A stretch of DNA of 64,000 nucleotides, from positions 1,152,001-1,216,000 of the forward strand of contig CBDFJR010000002.1 of assembly GCA_965248535.1 (NCBI GenBank), in the 5' to 3' direction. The stretch is from Phormidesmis sp. (GTDB lineage Bacteria; Cyanobacteriota; Cyanobacteriia; Leptolyngbyales; Leptolyngbyaceae). Below are positions 30,427 to 40,798 of the stretch, in pieces. The position numbers and the translations under genes are program-made. Below the pieces are notes generated by a model. It was not told where the DNA came from. It saw only the letters and a program-made list of their open reading frames with translations, and made no database searches. How positions within the stretch are numbered: the stretch's first letter is position 1; each line of letters begins with the position of its first letter.

Positions 30427-31638
30427 CTAGCCTGCGTTTTTTAACTCAGCCGTCTTGACCGCAAGCTGTTGAGTTTGCTCGCCGCGTCTCAGTTGCAGCT
30501 TGAGGGTCTGTCCTAAGTGACTGCTCTCCACAACGGCTTGTAGCTGCTCGGCTTTGGTGACCGCTTGCCCATCGATTTGAGTAATCACATCGCCTCGACG
30601 CAGCCCCGCCACTGCCGCAGGCGTGTTGGGCAACACCCGAACCACGATCACTCCATTCACTTCGGGCACCATAAACGCCGAGTTGGGATCGCTGTTATTT
30701 TGCTGGGCAATTTCTGGAGTCAGCGTCGTCATCTGCACCCCCAGATAGGGATGGGGAATCGTTTCACCTCGCGCCAACTGATCTTTAATCGACTTAGCCT
30801 TATTGATCGGAATCGCAAAGCCAATCCCCATTGCATCGGCTCGAATGGCAGTGTTAATGCCAATCACCTCACCCCGATCGTTCAACAACGGCCCGCCAGA
30901 ATTGCCCGGATTAATCGCCGCATCGGTTTGAATAAAGTCGATCCGCTTGTCAGGAATGCCAACTTGGGCGCTCGATCGCTTCAAAGTGCTGACGATGCCC
31001 AGGGTCACCGTGTTGTCTAAACCGAGGGGATTGCCAACGGCGATCGCCCAATCACCCACCTGCACCAAATCTGAGTCAGCAAGCGGCGCGACGGGCAAAT
31101 TAGTGCCATTGATCTTGACCACCGCCAGATCAGTGACCTCATCAAAGCCTCGCACTTTGCCCTCAAAGACGCGCCCATCTTTGAGGGTCACCGTCACTTT
31201 GTCTGCCCCGTTGATGACGTGAGAGTTGGTTAAAATCTCGCCAGTTTTATCAATCAAAAAGCCAGAACCCTGACCCCGCAGCCGCTCTTCTCTGGGGCCT
31301 TGAGGAATGGCCTCATCACCAAAAAAGCGCCGAAAGAGAGGATCTTCATAGATGGGATCAACCGTTGCTCGACGAGTCACCGTCCGTTCGGTGTCAATGC
31401 GAACGACGGCTGTTCCGACCAGCTTGACCGCTTCAGCGACAAAGCTCCCTGACTGAATGGCCTTTTTGGGAGGCAAAACTGCGGCTTCTGGAGCAGGTTG
31501 AGCCGGGGTTACAAGTCCCCAAAGCGAGACAGCCTCAGACGGCAGCGGAAAGGAGAGGGTCAACCCCAAACCCAGCAAAATCGACAGCACGCTTCCTAAG
31601 ACTCGACGAAGAAATTTAGAAGATTGGTGGCATTGCAT
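30427..31638 (-). CDS. HtrA/HhoA family serine protease (trypsin + PDZ)
   Basis: GSGF, TNSHV, DLAV, GNSGGPL, C-terminal PDZ. Confidence 0.95.
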   Translation of the reverse strand: MQCHQSSKFLRRVLGSVLSILLGLGLTLSFPLPSEAVSLWGLVTPAQPAPEAAVLPPKKAIQSGSFVAEAVKLVGTAVVRIDTERTVTRRATVDPIYEDPLFRRFFGDEAIPQGPREERLRGQGSGFLIDKTGEILTNSHVINGADKVTVTLKDGRVFEGKVRGFDEVTDLAVVKINGTNLPVAPLADSDLVQVGDWAIAVGNPLGLDNTVTLGIVSTLKRSSAQVGIPDKRIDFIQTDAAINPGNSGGPLLNDRGEVIGINTAIRADAMGIGFAIPINKAKSIKDQLARGETIPHPYLGVQMTTLTPEIAQQNNSDPNSAFMVPEVNGVIVVRVLPNTPAAVAGLRRGDVITQIDGQAVTKAEQLQAVVESSHLGQTLKLQLRRGEQTQQLAVKTAELKNAG

Positions 31639-31832
31639 AGCGTCAACTCATAACGTTCAAAAACCCGATCGACCGCACAACCGTCGCGATCGTCCATTCT
31701 GCCTAAGACAGTTAACCCTATTCTGCCAATTACTCGGCAAACCCGTGTGGCTCAAGCGGTAACCTCATAAACCGCGATCTATGGTTTAAGATCGTCAACA
31801 CCCCTAGAAAGCCACTTCAGAGGCGCTATGTC

Positions 31833-32192
31833 ATGACAACCTCCGATCGTCCCCGCAGTCAAGAGCTAGACACCCACGACCCTGATCACTCTCATGCTCA
31901 TGACTCTGCGGCTCATCCGCACGTTCACACCGAGGAGTCACAGCGCAAAGTGATCAATCGCCTCTCTCGGATCGAGGGGCACATTAGAGGCATCAAGACA
32001 ATGGTGCAGAGCGATCGTCCCTGTCCCGATGTGCTGGTGCAGATTGCGGCAGTTCGGGGTGCTCTCGATCGAGTAGCGCGCATGATTTTGGATGAACACC
32101 TGACTCAGTGCATCGCTCGTGCGGCTAAAGAGGGCAACATTGAGAGCGAAATCGAGGAACTGAAAGCAGCCCTCGATCGCTTCTTAATCTAG
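31833..32192 (+). CDS. inrS: CsoR/RcnR-family metal-sensing repressor (InrS-like)
   Basis: His-rich N-terminus HPHVH, RLSRIEGH, C...H-x3-C ligand pattern. Confidence 0.85.
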   Translation: MTTSDRPRSQELDTHDPDHSHAHDSAAHPHVHTEESQRKVINRLSRIEGHIRGIKTMVQSDRPCPDVLVQIAAVRGALDRVARMILDEHLTQCIARAAKEGNIESEIEELKAALDRFLI

Positions 32193-32223
32193 CGATCGTA
32201 GGCTGGCTTTCCTTTTTAAACTT

Positions 32224-32883
32224 CTAGGCGACGGCCGCAAACAACATCGCTAGGGGCTGCTCTGGAGCATCGGATCTAGCGACAATTTCGACAATTTTGT
32301 TACGAGAACTCGGCTGAAAAACGGCTTCTACGCAGACTTGAGCAACTTTGGTGCGCGGAATGCTGCCTTCTGAGAGGGTGTCTTGAGCCGACATCACGAT
32401 CGCATCGGCGTTATCTTCATTTTTTAAGCCACCCGGACGCACGATCGTATAAGTCAACCCACTTTTCTGAAGATACTCCTCTCCCTGCTTCTTCCACACC
32501 AAAATCAACCAAAACAAATTTAAGGGATGAAAGAATTTTGAGGTGCACAGAGAAGACACCATCACAAACTGCTCGATTCCCAAAGCTTTAGAGGCATCGA
32601 CGAGGTTCTTGGTGCCTTCATAATCCACTTTATAGGGCCCCGTCGGATCGAAGCTAGGACGGGCACCCGTGGCAGAAAACAGCACCGTGCTGTCAGCGAT
32701 CGCGGTTTTTAGACTCTCGGCATTCATCAGATCAGCGGTCACTAACTCAACGCCCGTCGGCAAAATAGCCTGGGCCGATGGCAGATCTCGAACCAACGCC
32801 CGAACGGGAATACCCCGATCAACTAACTGCTGCACAATTCGCCGCCCTGTTTCTCCGGTTGCCCCGGCCACAAATGCTTTCAT
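32224..32883 (-). CDS. NAD(P)-binding atypical SDR (NmrA/Tic62-like)
   Basis: VAGATGETG, VDYEGT, YTIVRPGGL. Confidence 0.88.
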   Translation of the reverse strand: MKAFVAGATGETGRRIVQQLVDRGIPVRALVRDLPSAQAILPTGVELVTADLMNAESLKTAIADSTVLFSATGARPSFDPTGPYKVDYEGTKNLVDASKALGIEQFVMVSSLCTSKFFHPLNLFWLILVWKKQGEEYLQKSGLTYTIVRPGGLKNEDNADAIVMSAQDTLSEGSIPRTKVAQVCVEAVFQPSSRNKIVEIVARSDAPEQPLAMLFAAVA

Positions 32884-33302
32884 GAAAATTCTCGCTATAG
32901 TTAGTAACGTTTGCTACTGGATGTTTAACAATCTTGTCGCTATTCTGACATCTGGTAAAGGTAGGACTCTAGCCAAATCGTCTCAACTCTGATGGGCAGC
33001 TACCTTGACGATTTCGATCACCCATTGTGTTTACCATGAGTTCTAAGATAGATTACGAAATATTGCTGTCTCTGAGTCATGATGGTTTAAAAAGTGCTGT
33101 AGAAACTACTGAGTTTAGAGTTTGGCAACTGAGAAATCCTCAGGTATCTTCTAGACTGAGTATCCGAGAGAACCCTATGTTTTCATTAGAAGATTTAGAT
33201 TCGATGAATTTTCGGGGGAGTCGCCCATTCGCCGTGAAGGATTGAATATCCTCAGGGAACTTTGGAAATAGACATCAGACAACCAACGCAAGAGAATTGT
33301 CC

Positions 33303-34010
33303 ATGCAGTCCCAACCCACCGATCCTTCAGAGTTTCGCCTCGCGAATCGTCCGTTTATTCAAACCGTCTCCCCACGGCTGCCCCACTCAGACCTCAATTT
33401 GCCCGCCGCAGAGAGCACTCAGGGCACGATCGAGCCAACTCAGTTTCGCACCCACTGCGTAGACAGTATGGATATGTATGCGGATAGGCAGAGTGTTGCT
33501 GACTATTTGGACAAGCATTCTGACTGGTTTCATCGCTGCGCCCAACCCATGCAAGTAGAGGCGATCGGGCGCAACAGCTATGCGCTGATCATCGGCAGTT
33601 TTGGGGCTTTTGGCTATGAGATCGAACCCAAAGTAGGCTTAGATCTGCTGCCCCAAGAAGATGGGGTTTATCGCATTGAGACGGTTCCGGTTCCGGGATA
33701 CTCGACTTCTGGCTATGAGGTCGATTTTAGAGCCGCCCTAGAGCTTGTAGAAGGAATTCATCCCGCCACCAAAACTGCGTTGGCCTCAGCGCAGATGACT
33801 CAAGTTCAGTGGCAGTTAGATCTGACGGTGACGATTCAATTTCCGCGATTTATTCACTCGCTGCCTGCCCCTATTATTCAGCGAACGGGCGATCGAATAC
33901 TTCAACAAGTCGTGCGCCAAGTTTCTCGCCGCCTCACGCAGCGCGTCCAAGACGATTTTCATTCTTCCCACGGTTTGTCGATGCCCAAACGCTCAAAAAA
34001 GTGGCTTTAG
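33303..34010 (+). CDS. DUF1997 family protein
   Basis: WFHRCAQPM, FGAFGYEIEPKVGL, IQRTGDRILQQVVRQVSRRLT. Confidence 0.85.
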   Translation: MQSQPTDPSEFRLANRPFIQTVSPRLPHSDLNLPAAESTQGTIEPTQFRTHCVDSMDMYADRQSVADYLDKHSDWFHRCAQPMQVEAIGRNSYALIIGSFGAFGYEIEPKVGLDLLPQEDGVYRIETVPVPGYSTSGYEVDFRAALELVEGIHPATKTALASAQMTQVQWQLDLTVTIQFPRFIHSLPAPIIQRTGDRILQQVVRQVSRRLTQRVQDDFHSSHGLSMPKRSKKWL

Positions 34011-34065
34011 CTCATCTTCAGCTTAAATTTCCCCCTCTGTTGACCTAAAAGCTGAATTTTTCATC

Positions 34066-34099
34066 CTAAAAAACCCTCCTGCATTAGAGGGTTTTTTAG
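34066..34099. terminator. Bidirectional rho-independent terminator
   Basis: CTAAAAAACCCTC-8 nt loop-GAGGGTTTTTTAG, a perfect 13-bp stem between convergent genes. Confidence 0.88.
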
Positions 34100-34121
34100 T
34101 TAGATCGGCAGTTTTTATCCC

Positions 34122-34451
34122 CTACCAGCCTTTTTCAGCCTGACTTAACACATAGTTTGCGACTGCCTCAATCTCGTCATCCTCCAAACGACCCCCAAAG
34201 GCTGGCATCGCGTTCTTACCATTGGTTACCTGATTTTTAATAGCGGACAGAGACCGCATTCCATACTTCTCTAGTGCCTCTTTCCGCAGAGTTTTATTCG
34301 CAATAATGACGTTGTTGCCGCCAATGTGACAAGCCGAACAGTTGGCGTTAAAGATTTGTTGACCATCCGGCTTATTTGCTAAAGCAGGGTGGCTAAACGT
34401 GAATGTCAAGATTGCGATCGCCAGCATTAGAGCAGTCAGCAATTTTCGCAA
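34122..34451 (-). CDS. petJ: Cytochrome c6
   Basis: Signal peptide (PALA), CSACH haem motif, GKNAMPAF, QAEKGW. Confidence 0.9.
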   Translation of the reverse strand: MRKLLTALMLAIAILTFTFSHPALANKPDGQQIFNANCSACHIGGNNVIIANKTLRKEALEKYGMRSLSAIKNQVTNGKNAMPAFGGRLEDDEIEAVANYVLSQAEKGW

Positions 34452-34589
34452 AGCAGTTCTCCCCTATCAAACGCAGATTGTAAGTGAATGTATTGATACA
34501 GAACCATTCTAGGACTTTACCAGACATTTCCAATCAACCGCCTGAACGAGGAGAACTTGAGCGATCGATCTCGTCAAGAGACAGAGACG

Positions 34590-35003
34590 TTAAGCAGCAA
34601 CGACAACCTTACCCACCATGCCAGCACCGCGATGGGGCAGACAGAAATAGGAATAGTCACCTGCGGGAGCATCAGCCGGAATGGTTAGCTCAAACGATTT
34701 GCCAGCACTCTCTAGTTTCTTGTGTGACAGGCTATCTGCCAGAGATTTGTCTTGAGTCGGAATTTTGCTGACATCAAACACCACGTTGTGAGGAGGCAGG
34801 TTACCCACTTCCCACTTCACGGTGTCACCAGGCTTAACGGTGACCACTTTAGGGTCAAACACTAGCCCTTTCGCAGAACCCATCGTGACCGTGTAGGTTT
34901 CAGCCGAAGCAGGATTAGCAGTCAGAAAAAAGCTGCCAACCACTAACAGGACGGTGCAAAGCAGCAAAGAGAGACGGCGCGTAACAGAAGCAACAAGTTT
35001 CAT
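34590..35003 (-). CDS. petE: Plastocyanin
   Basis: PHNVVF, YFCLPHRGAGM type-1 Cu ligands. Confidence 0.95.
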   Translation of the reverse strand: MKLVASVTRRLSLLLCTVLLVVGSFFLTANPASAETYTVTMGSAKGLVFDPKVVTVKPGDTVKWEVGNLPPHNVVFDVSKIPTQDKSLADSLSHKKLESAGKSFELTIPADAPAGDYSYFCLPHRGAGMVGKVVVAA

Positions 35004-35107
35004 ATTTTTCTGTGGAATTCTAGTTTTTCCAATTACTTCAAGTTTAAACCAGTCGATGCCCCACAGAGACTTTTCTCAGGGCGGATCTCTCGACTGGGGG
35101 GCGATCG

Positions 35108-35608
35108 TTAAAACTGATCGGTGCCCCAGCCCGGTGCTTTTTGAGCCGCTCTGAGAATAAACCCCGATAGGGCTTCTACTTCAGCCTGAGAGAGCCAATT
35201 TTCAGAGACTTTCCGGCATGAAAAGGTTTCTTCGCTGCCATCATAGGTCATTGGGTGACGCAGATAGGCAACCAGACGGTCGATCGTGTCTCGTGGGGGC
35301 GTAGCGCCTTGCAAAGCTCTAAGCGACAGCGGCACTGTGGGGTCAGGCAACGTTGCGCCGCCCACATGACAGCTTAAGCAGTTTTGCTCAAACAGTTTTT
35401 TGCCAGCAGTCAGTTCTGGCAGGCTAAACGATCGGGAGGTTCCCTGATCGTCTTTGGCTAAAGCAATGGGTTCAGTCACTTGCAGATAGCGAGCGACATA
35501 GGCATCTGCGGCCTGCGACGAGGGGCTGACCAGCACCATTCCAAGGCAGACGATCGCCCAGAGGCATAGCCCTCGAATCCACGAAAGTCGATGCAGCGTT
35601 TTCAGCAT
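35108..35608 (-). CDS. psbV2: Cytochrome c550-like PsbV2
   Basis: CLSCH, TYDG, axial Cys (FSCR), RAAQKAPGWG; directly downstream of psbV. Confidence 0.9.
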   Translation of the reverse strand: MLKTLHRLSWIRGLCLWAIVCLGMVLVSPSSQAADAYVARYLQVTEPIALAKDDQGTSRSFSLPELTAGKKLFEQNCLSCHVGGATLPDPTVPLSLRALQGATPPRDTIDRLVAYLRHPMTYDGSEETFSCRKVSENWLSQAEVEALSGFILRAAQKAPGWGTDQF

Positions 35609-35657
35609 TCGATCACTCTGTTCTAGAAAATGGCAGCGGTCAGCAGAAAACTGGGGT

Positions 35658-36149
35658 TTAGTAGTAGATTTTGCCGCCGCCCCACTTGTCGCCCACCACT
35701 TTAGGTTGCAGCAGGATGTGACCCGCGATCGCCACTAAGTCTTCGTTGGTCAGGTTCCGCATTTCAGGAAAGAGATCTTTGCTCTTGAGGCTGGGGTGCA
35801 TCTCAGCAATTTCAACGGTGCCGTCGTAGCTAGTGGGTTTTTTCATATAGTCCACTAGTGACTCGACATTGTTGCGGTTAGGGGTGGCTAACGACAGTGA
35901 CTCAGGGTCAAGACCCACGTTGGGGTCAGTTTTGGTGACTCCGCCAGCATGACACTGGGCGCAGGCATATTGAAACAAACGCTTGCCCTCTTTGACTTGC
36001 TTGAGGCTCAAAACCGTGGTGTCGCCGCCTTCATTGAGGGGCACCGTCCGAATGGCTTTGTCTAGCTCGGCGGCGTTAGCATCTGAAACAAAGATTTGAA
36101 ACGCAAAGAATACAACGGCTATGGCAAGCCAGACGTATCTTTTAAGCAT
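35658..36149 (-). CDS. psbV: Photosystem II cytochrome c550
   Basis: CAQCH, TKTDPNV, HPS, WGGGKIYY; start at ATG 36149 behind AAGGAG. Confidence 0.97.
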   Translation of the reverse strand: MLKRYVWLAIAVVFFAFQIFVSDANAAELDKAIRTVPLNEGGDTTVLSLKQVKEGKRLFQYACAQCHAGGVTKTDPNVGLDPESLSLATPNRNNVESLVDYMKKPTSYDGTVEIAEMHPSLKSKDLFPEMRNLTNEDLVAIAGHILLQPKVVGDKWGGGKIYY

Positions 36150-36199
36150 GGTTCTCCTTAAATGTGGCTCGGTTATCGGCATCACAACACAACACATGG

Positions 36200-36360
36200 A
36201 TTCTATGATTGCGACCTCTCGGCACTCAAGCGTTGACGGCTACCTGTGCAGGGGTGTCTGTCAGCAGACAGGGCATCGGTGATCGGGAATTTTTCAACGG
36301 ATTGCAGAACCTGACCGCAGCTTTGAGAGATGCGACGGCTCGATCGGCGAAACCCCAAGA
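36200..36360 (-). pseudogene. Possible decayed remnant of the small conserved 'MGFAD...' gene often found between accD and psbV
   Basis: GFADRAVASL in one frame and SVEKF...QRLSAE in another; position matches recalled synteny only. Confidence 0.3.
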
Positions 36361-36519
36361 TGATGTTTGCTGATAGTGAGGATTACCCTCTTTAATACCA
36401 ATATCATGCCGATGTCCCAATCCTTTGCCCAATCTCTGAGATTGGGGGAGAGTCATGGGATCGCGGGGTAGGAAGTTGGGATTGTGGATTGAATCGGGTG
36501 GGTTGGTTGCGGGGGCCCT

Positions 36520-36544
36520 GGGCACGGCAATGCCGTGCCCGTAC
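36520..36544. repeat. REP-like palindrome GGGCACGGC-AAT-GCCGTGCCC-GTAC
   Basis: Perfect 9-bp stem just after the accD stop; related copies in the 40.8-41.0 kb array. Confidence 0.8.
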
Positions 36545-36568
36545 GCGGGTTTGGGCAAGGCTTAAGGC

Positions 36569-37492
36569 TTAGTCAGGAGAAATTTTGCTGAGGGCTTTGA
36601 TGCCGGGCAACTGCTCAATATGAGAGGTTGGTGCAATGGGCTGATGTAGGCGAATCAGTTGCGCGATCGTCTTTTTTAGCTGGGTGCGAGAGACGATCGC
36701 ATCGACTAACCCATGTTGCAGCAGATATTCAGAGGTTTGAAAGTCGTCGGGGAGCTTTTCGCGCAGGGTTTGCTCAACTACGCGCCGCCCGGCGAAGGCG
36801 ATCATGGCTTTGGGTTCTGCCAAAATAATGTCGCCCAGCATTGCGAAACTGGCCGTCACGCCACCCGTCGTGGGGTGAGTCAACACCGGAATGTAAAGGA
36901 GACAGCTTTCTTGATGGCGCTGCAAGGCTCCAGATATCTTGGCCATCTGCATTAGACTGAGCATTCCTTCCTGCATTCTGGCTCCGCCTGAGGCGCAGAC
37001 AATCACGACGGGGAGGCGCTGTTGGGTGGCCCGCTCGATTAGTCGGGTGAGCTTTTCGCCGACGACTGACCCCATGCTGCCGCCCATAAACCTAAAATCC
37101 ATCACGCCTAGGGCGATCGGGTGCCCATCTAGTTGCCCCAGCCCAGTCTGCACGGCATCGGCTAGCTTGGTCTTCTCTTGGGTGTCGCGAATGTAGTCAA
37201 TATAGGCTTTGCGGGCGCGAAAGTTGAGCGGATCGACAGGCTGTAGGCTTTCGTCGATCGCCACCCAGGTATCAGCATCAATGATCTGGCGAATCCGCTC
37301 GTCGCTAAAGACGCGAATGTGGTGATCGCACTCCAGGCAGACCATTTGATTGGCTCGCAGATCTTTGGTGTAGGTCAACGCTCCACAGGCTTCACATTTT
37401 GTCCATAGCCCATCGGCAATTTCGCGTTCTTGTCCTTCGGGGGTTGTAGAGCCTGATTTCCGACGATTTGCAAACCAATCAAAGAGTGACAT
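36569..37492 (-). CDS. accD: Acetyl-CoA carboxylase carboxyltransferase beta subunit
   Basis: GLWTKC zinc finger, [29 protein letters not shown]. Confidence 0.98.
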   Translation of the reverse strand: MSLFDWFANRRKSGSTTPEGQEREIADGLWTKCEACGALTYTKDLRANQMVCLECDHHIRVFSDERIRQIIDADTWVAIDESLQPVDPLNFRARKAYIDYIRDTQEKTKLADAVQTGLGQLDGHPIALGVMDFRFMGGSMGSVVGEKLTRLIERATQQRLPVVIVCASGGARMQEGMLSLMQMAKISGALQRHQESCLLYIPVLTHPTTGGVTASFAMLGDIILAEPKAMIAFAGRRVVEQTLREKLPDDFQTSEYLLQHGLVDAIVSRTQLKKTIAQLIRLHQPIAPTSHIEQLPGIKALSKISPD

Positions 37493-37624
37493 GGCAAAAA
37501 TTTATAGGTTGAAGTGGGCGGTAGGGGGTGCGATCGCCAGACCGAGAAAAGAGCGTGAAGAGACAGTTCTCAAAGAGTCGGCTCAAACCACAAAACCAGC
37601 ATTAATTATAGAGGTTAACGTTTC

Positions 37625-37852
37625 TCATTCAGCTTCAGACTCTAGAGACTCGTCTGCGATCGGACTCAGCAACAGCCGCGCCATCCACTGATCTTGGGAG
37701 CGCACCTGTAGAGCAGCCGGGCTGCCAACCCCAAAATAAGAGGCTGAACCGAGATCCAGAATTCTCACAGGAATGTCGTGAGCAAGCAAGACCTGCTCCA
37801 TCAGTTCCGCTTCCCAGCGAGTAGCGGTCGTTTTTAACGTGAGCCAGGGCAC
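37625..37852 (-). CDS. DUF2007-type small conserved protein
   Basis: RWEAELMEQVL..HDIP, ALQV..QD...A..LL pattern. Confidence 0.7.
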   Translation of the reverse strand: MPWLTLKTTATRWEAELMEQVLLAHDIPVRILDLGSASYFGVGSPAALQVRSQDQWMARLLLSPIADESLESEAE

Positions 37853-37975
37853 GTAATCGAATTTTTAAACATTAAGACATCCCGTAATTCTACTTCGATA
37901 GTCTTAACAATTTGTGGGAATCATGAACCCATCACACGCTCTAAGTCAGTCTACGCAGACATTTGCGGTTTTTCT

Positions 37976-39031
37976 ATGACTATCTCGACCATTTCTCACT
38001 TGGTGGGTTCCTCTGATTATCAAGCGATCGCCGATGATGCTCTCAAAGATGAAGACAACGCCGCTTGGGTGATGGAACTTGAACCCTCTATCAGAGATGC
38101 CTGGGTTGAACGAATTAGCTGGATCAGGTTAGCCGATCGCCTGGCAGAAAATGAATTGCTCAACCCCGCTGGCTCAGAATTTCAGCGATTTCATGATAGC
38201 TGGAAATGGATGATGGCAACGGGTCAGGTGCAGCCTGGGTGCAGCCATCGCAAAGAGTTTTATCGGATGCGCGATCGCTGGTTTAAAGAGTCGTCTGATG
38301 CGGTCAGTCGTCAAGCTATTCAATCCTGGAATCGATATCTGGCGGCGATCTCCACCTATCATCAAAACAATTTGACCCTGGCAAAGATTGCTGATTTTGA
38401 GGTCATGCTCGAAGAACTAGCTGGCTCATTTTTTCAAGTGTTGCCCTTCTCCATGCAGCATCACTGGCAGGCAGTAGGTTCCTTTGGCGCAGTGGATCAG
38501 TTTCATAACATTCTGCGAGATCTGAGAGAAGATGCCGAGCAGGGAATTTGCTATTTGCCGACTGAGTTGCTCGATCGGTTTGGGGTCAGCCGCGCTGAGA
38601 TTTTAGACCTGCGGGCCTGTGAAAATGTGGGTTATCGCCCGATGATGGAGTTTTGGATGCACGATTATTTGCCGCAGCTACACCGCAAATCTTATGCCTT
38701 GATTTTGGCACCCGATCTGCATCCATCTTGGCAAATGCTGCGAGACTGGTCACTCAACCGCTACAAGCGCATCGAGCGCATCTTTCGGCGCTGTGACTAT
38801 AATTATGTGCAGTTTCCTGAACTTTATTGGCAAGAAGTCAAGCGGGATCTCACGCACATGCTGCCAGGGATGTATGGTCAGCAGCCACGTCAGCGAGGCT
38901 CTGCCTCTGGGTCTTATCTAACGCGCACCAATAAGCTGTTTCAAATTGCCCAGGGAGAAATGCTCTCTGAAGTTAAATTTGAGAAAGTGCCCTTTTTAAG
39001 ATTCTTCCGATCGCTACAACAAGTCAGCTAG
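37976..39031 (+). CDS. Divergent squalene/phytoene synthase-family protein
   Basis: Second Asp-rich motif NILRDLREDAEQGICYLP intact; first motif degenerate (RLADRLAE). Confidence 0.7.
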   Translation: MTISTISHLVGSSDYQAIADDALKDEDNAAWVMELEPSIRDAWVERISWIRLADRLAENELLNPAGSEFQRFHDSWKWMMATGQVQPGCSHRKEFYRMRDRWFKESSDAVSRQAIQSWNRYLAAISTYHQNNLTLAKIADFEVMLEELAGSFFQVLPFSMQHHWQAVGSFGAVDQFHNILRDLREDAEQGICYLPTELLDRFGVSRAEILDLRACENVGYRPMMEFWMHDYLPQLHRKSYALILAPDLHPSWQMLRDWSLNRYKRIERIFRRCDYNYVQFPELYWQEVKRDLTHMLPGMYGQQPRQRGSASGSYLTRTNKLFQIAQGEMLSEVKFEKVPFLRFFRSLQQVS

Positions 39032-40749
39032 TAAAAGCTGCCAGATTTACGGTGCTGCACGGCGGTTACCCCTTTTTGCTCTAAGACCTTGCCGCTTTCG
39101 ACCACGGCATAGAGCAGCCAGTGATCGCCGCATTCCATTCGGTTTTGCACCGTGCATTCTAGATAAGCTAATCCATCCAGCAAGACAGGGCACCCATTTT
39201 CTGCTTTGGCTGTCTCAATGTCAGCAAATCGATCTTCTCCGGGTGCGGCGGGTTTGACAAAATGCCGTCTGAGGGCGCGGCCCTCTTTGAGAATGTTGAG
39301 AACAAACTGATCGCCCGCGTGATCAAGCACACCGTCAGCTCGATCTTTGGCGATCGCCACCGTCACCCCCGGCGGGCTAAAGGTCGCTTGTGACACCCAA
39401 GAAGTGAGCATTCCGGCGGCAGTGTCTCCCTGTTTAGCGGTGACCACACACAGAGAGCCAACGACTCTCCCTAGGGCTTGCTCAGTGCGATCGCTTTGCC
39501 CCACCGAAGCCACTTGCCGCGGCACTCGCACCTTTTTAGCTTTTTTCAACGCTTGAGCAAACTCGGCTCCGGCAGCTTGGCACTGTTGCAGCACTTCATC
39601 AGAGGGTTTGAATTTGACGCGAATCGACTCGAACCCAAACCCAAAGCCTGCGTCTTGCAGTTTGCTTTCGAGGAGGTCAATCGCTTCTCCACTCCAGCCA
39701 TAGGAACCAAACACGCCCGCGAGCTTTGTCTTAGAAGCCGTCGAGAGAATCAGCCCCAGCGCGGTTTGAATCTGAGTCGGAGCGTGGCCGCCCAGAGTCG
39801 GCGACCCGATGATAAAGCCGTCACACTGCTCGATCGCGGCCACGATTTCGGCCGGGTCAGCAAACTCGCAGTTGATCGACTCGATCGCGACTTCGGCTTG
39901 GGTCAGCCCTTTAGCGATCGCTTGTCCCGCAGCGGCGGTGTTGCCATAGGCAGACGTGTAGAGAATCGCTACCGAGAGTTCTTGAGTTTTTTGCTGCTCA
40001 CACCACTGCCGATAGTCGAGATTAAAGCGGCTCAAGCTATAGCGCACCAGCGGCCCGTGACCCACAGCATAAATCTTGGACGGAAAGGCGGCCAACTTGT
40101 CTAAAGCCGCTTCGACCTGTCGAGACTGCGATGCGTGAAGACAGTCAAAATAGTAGTGACGGTCTTCGTCTAGCTGCTTCCAGTTTTCGTCGAGGATGGG
40201 GTCGTCGCAGAGGTGAGCGCCAAATAGCTTATCGGTGTAGAGAATGCGCGTTGCCGGGTCAAAGGTGCAGAGTCCGTCAGCCCAGCGAGGAGTTGGGACG
40301 AAAGCAAATCGTAGCTCGTGTCCTTTGCCTAGGTCTAAGACCTCTTCACCTCTGACAGCATTGATCCGCAGGGTTTGCTCTGGAAAGGCTGCTTTGAGTG
40401 CGATCGCGGCAGGTTTTGAGCACACGATCGTCATTTGGGGCGCAAGCTCGATCAGTCGCTTTAGCGTGGTTAGACGATTGGGATTGACGTGGCCCAAAAT
40501 TACATAGTCTAGCTTTTGAAAATATTGATGATCATGCAGTTCTTTAAGAAAAATATCGGTGAAAGAACTGCCCGGTGGATCGATTAGCGCCGTTTTTTCG
40601 CCCTGAATCAGGTAGGAATTTGCGGTCGTTCCGCGCTGGCGAGAATATTCGATCTCAAACTTGAGCCGATCCCAGGTGCGCGATCGTAGCACCCATGTCT
40701 CTGCCCCAATTTCGGCAACTTGAACGTCTTTGGGTTTGATGTCAGCCAT
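39028..40749 (-). CDS. flv2: Flavodiiron protein, cluster A (non-canonical diiron ligands), most like Flv2
   Basis: Beta-lactamase, flavodoxin and flavin reductase domains; HVNPNR; CLHASQSRQVE, WKQLDEDR and QHRKSG resemble Flv2 more than Flv1 (from memory). Start at ATG 40749. Confidence 0.75.
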   Translation of the reverse strand: MADIKPKDVQVAEIGAETWVLRSRTWDRLKFEIEYSRQRGTTANSYLIQGEKTALIDPPGSSFTDIFLKELHDHQYFQKLDYVILGHVNPNRLTTLKRLIELAPQMTIVCSKPAAIALKAAFPEQTLRINAVRGEEVLDLGKGHELRFAFVPTPRWADGLCTFDPATRILYTDKLFGAHLCDDPILDENWKQLDEDRHYYFDCLHASQSRQVEAALDKLAAFPSKIYAVGHGPLVRYSLSRFNLDYRQWCEQQKTQELSVAILYTSAYGNTAAAGQAIAKGLTQAEVAIESINCEFADPAEIVAAIEQCDGFIIGSPTLGGHAPTQIQTALGLILSTASKTKLAGVFGSYGWSGEAIDLLESKLQDAGFGFGFESIRVKFKPSDEVLQQCQAAGAEFAQALKKAKKVRVPRQVASVGQSDRTEQALGRVVGSLCVVTAKQGDTAAGMLTSWVSQATFSPPGVTVAIAKDRADGVLDHAGDQFVLNILKEGRALRRHFVKPAAPGEDRFADIETAKAENGCPVLLDGLAYLECTVQNRMECGDHWLLYAVVESGKVLEQKGVTAVQHRKSGSFY

Positions 40750-40798
40750 AGGTTTAAAGGGAGAACTTGGGATCGTAGATCGAAGCGGGTTAGCTACT

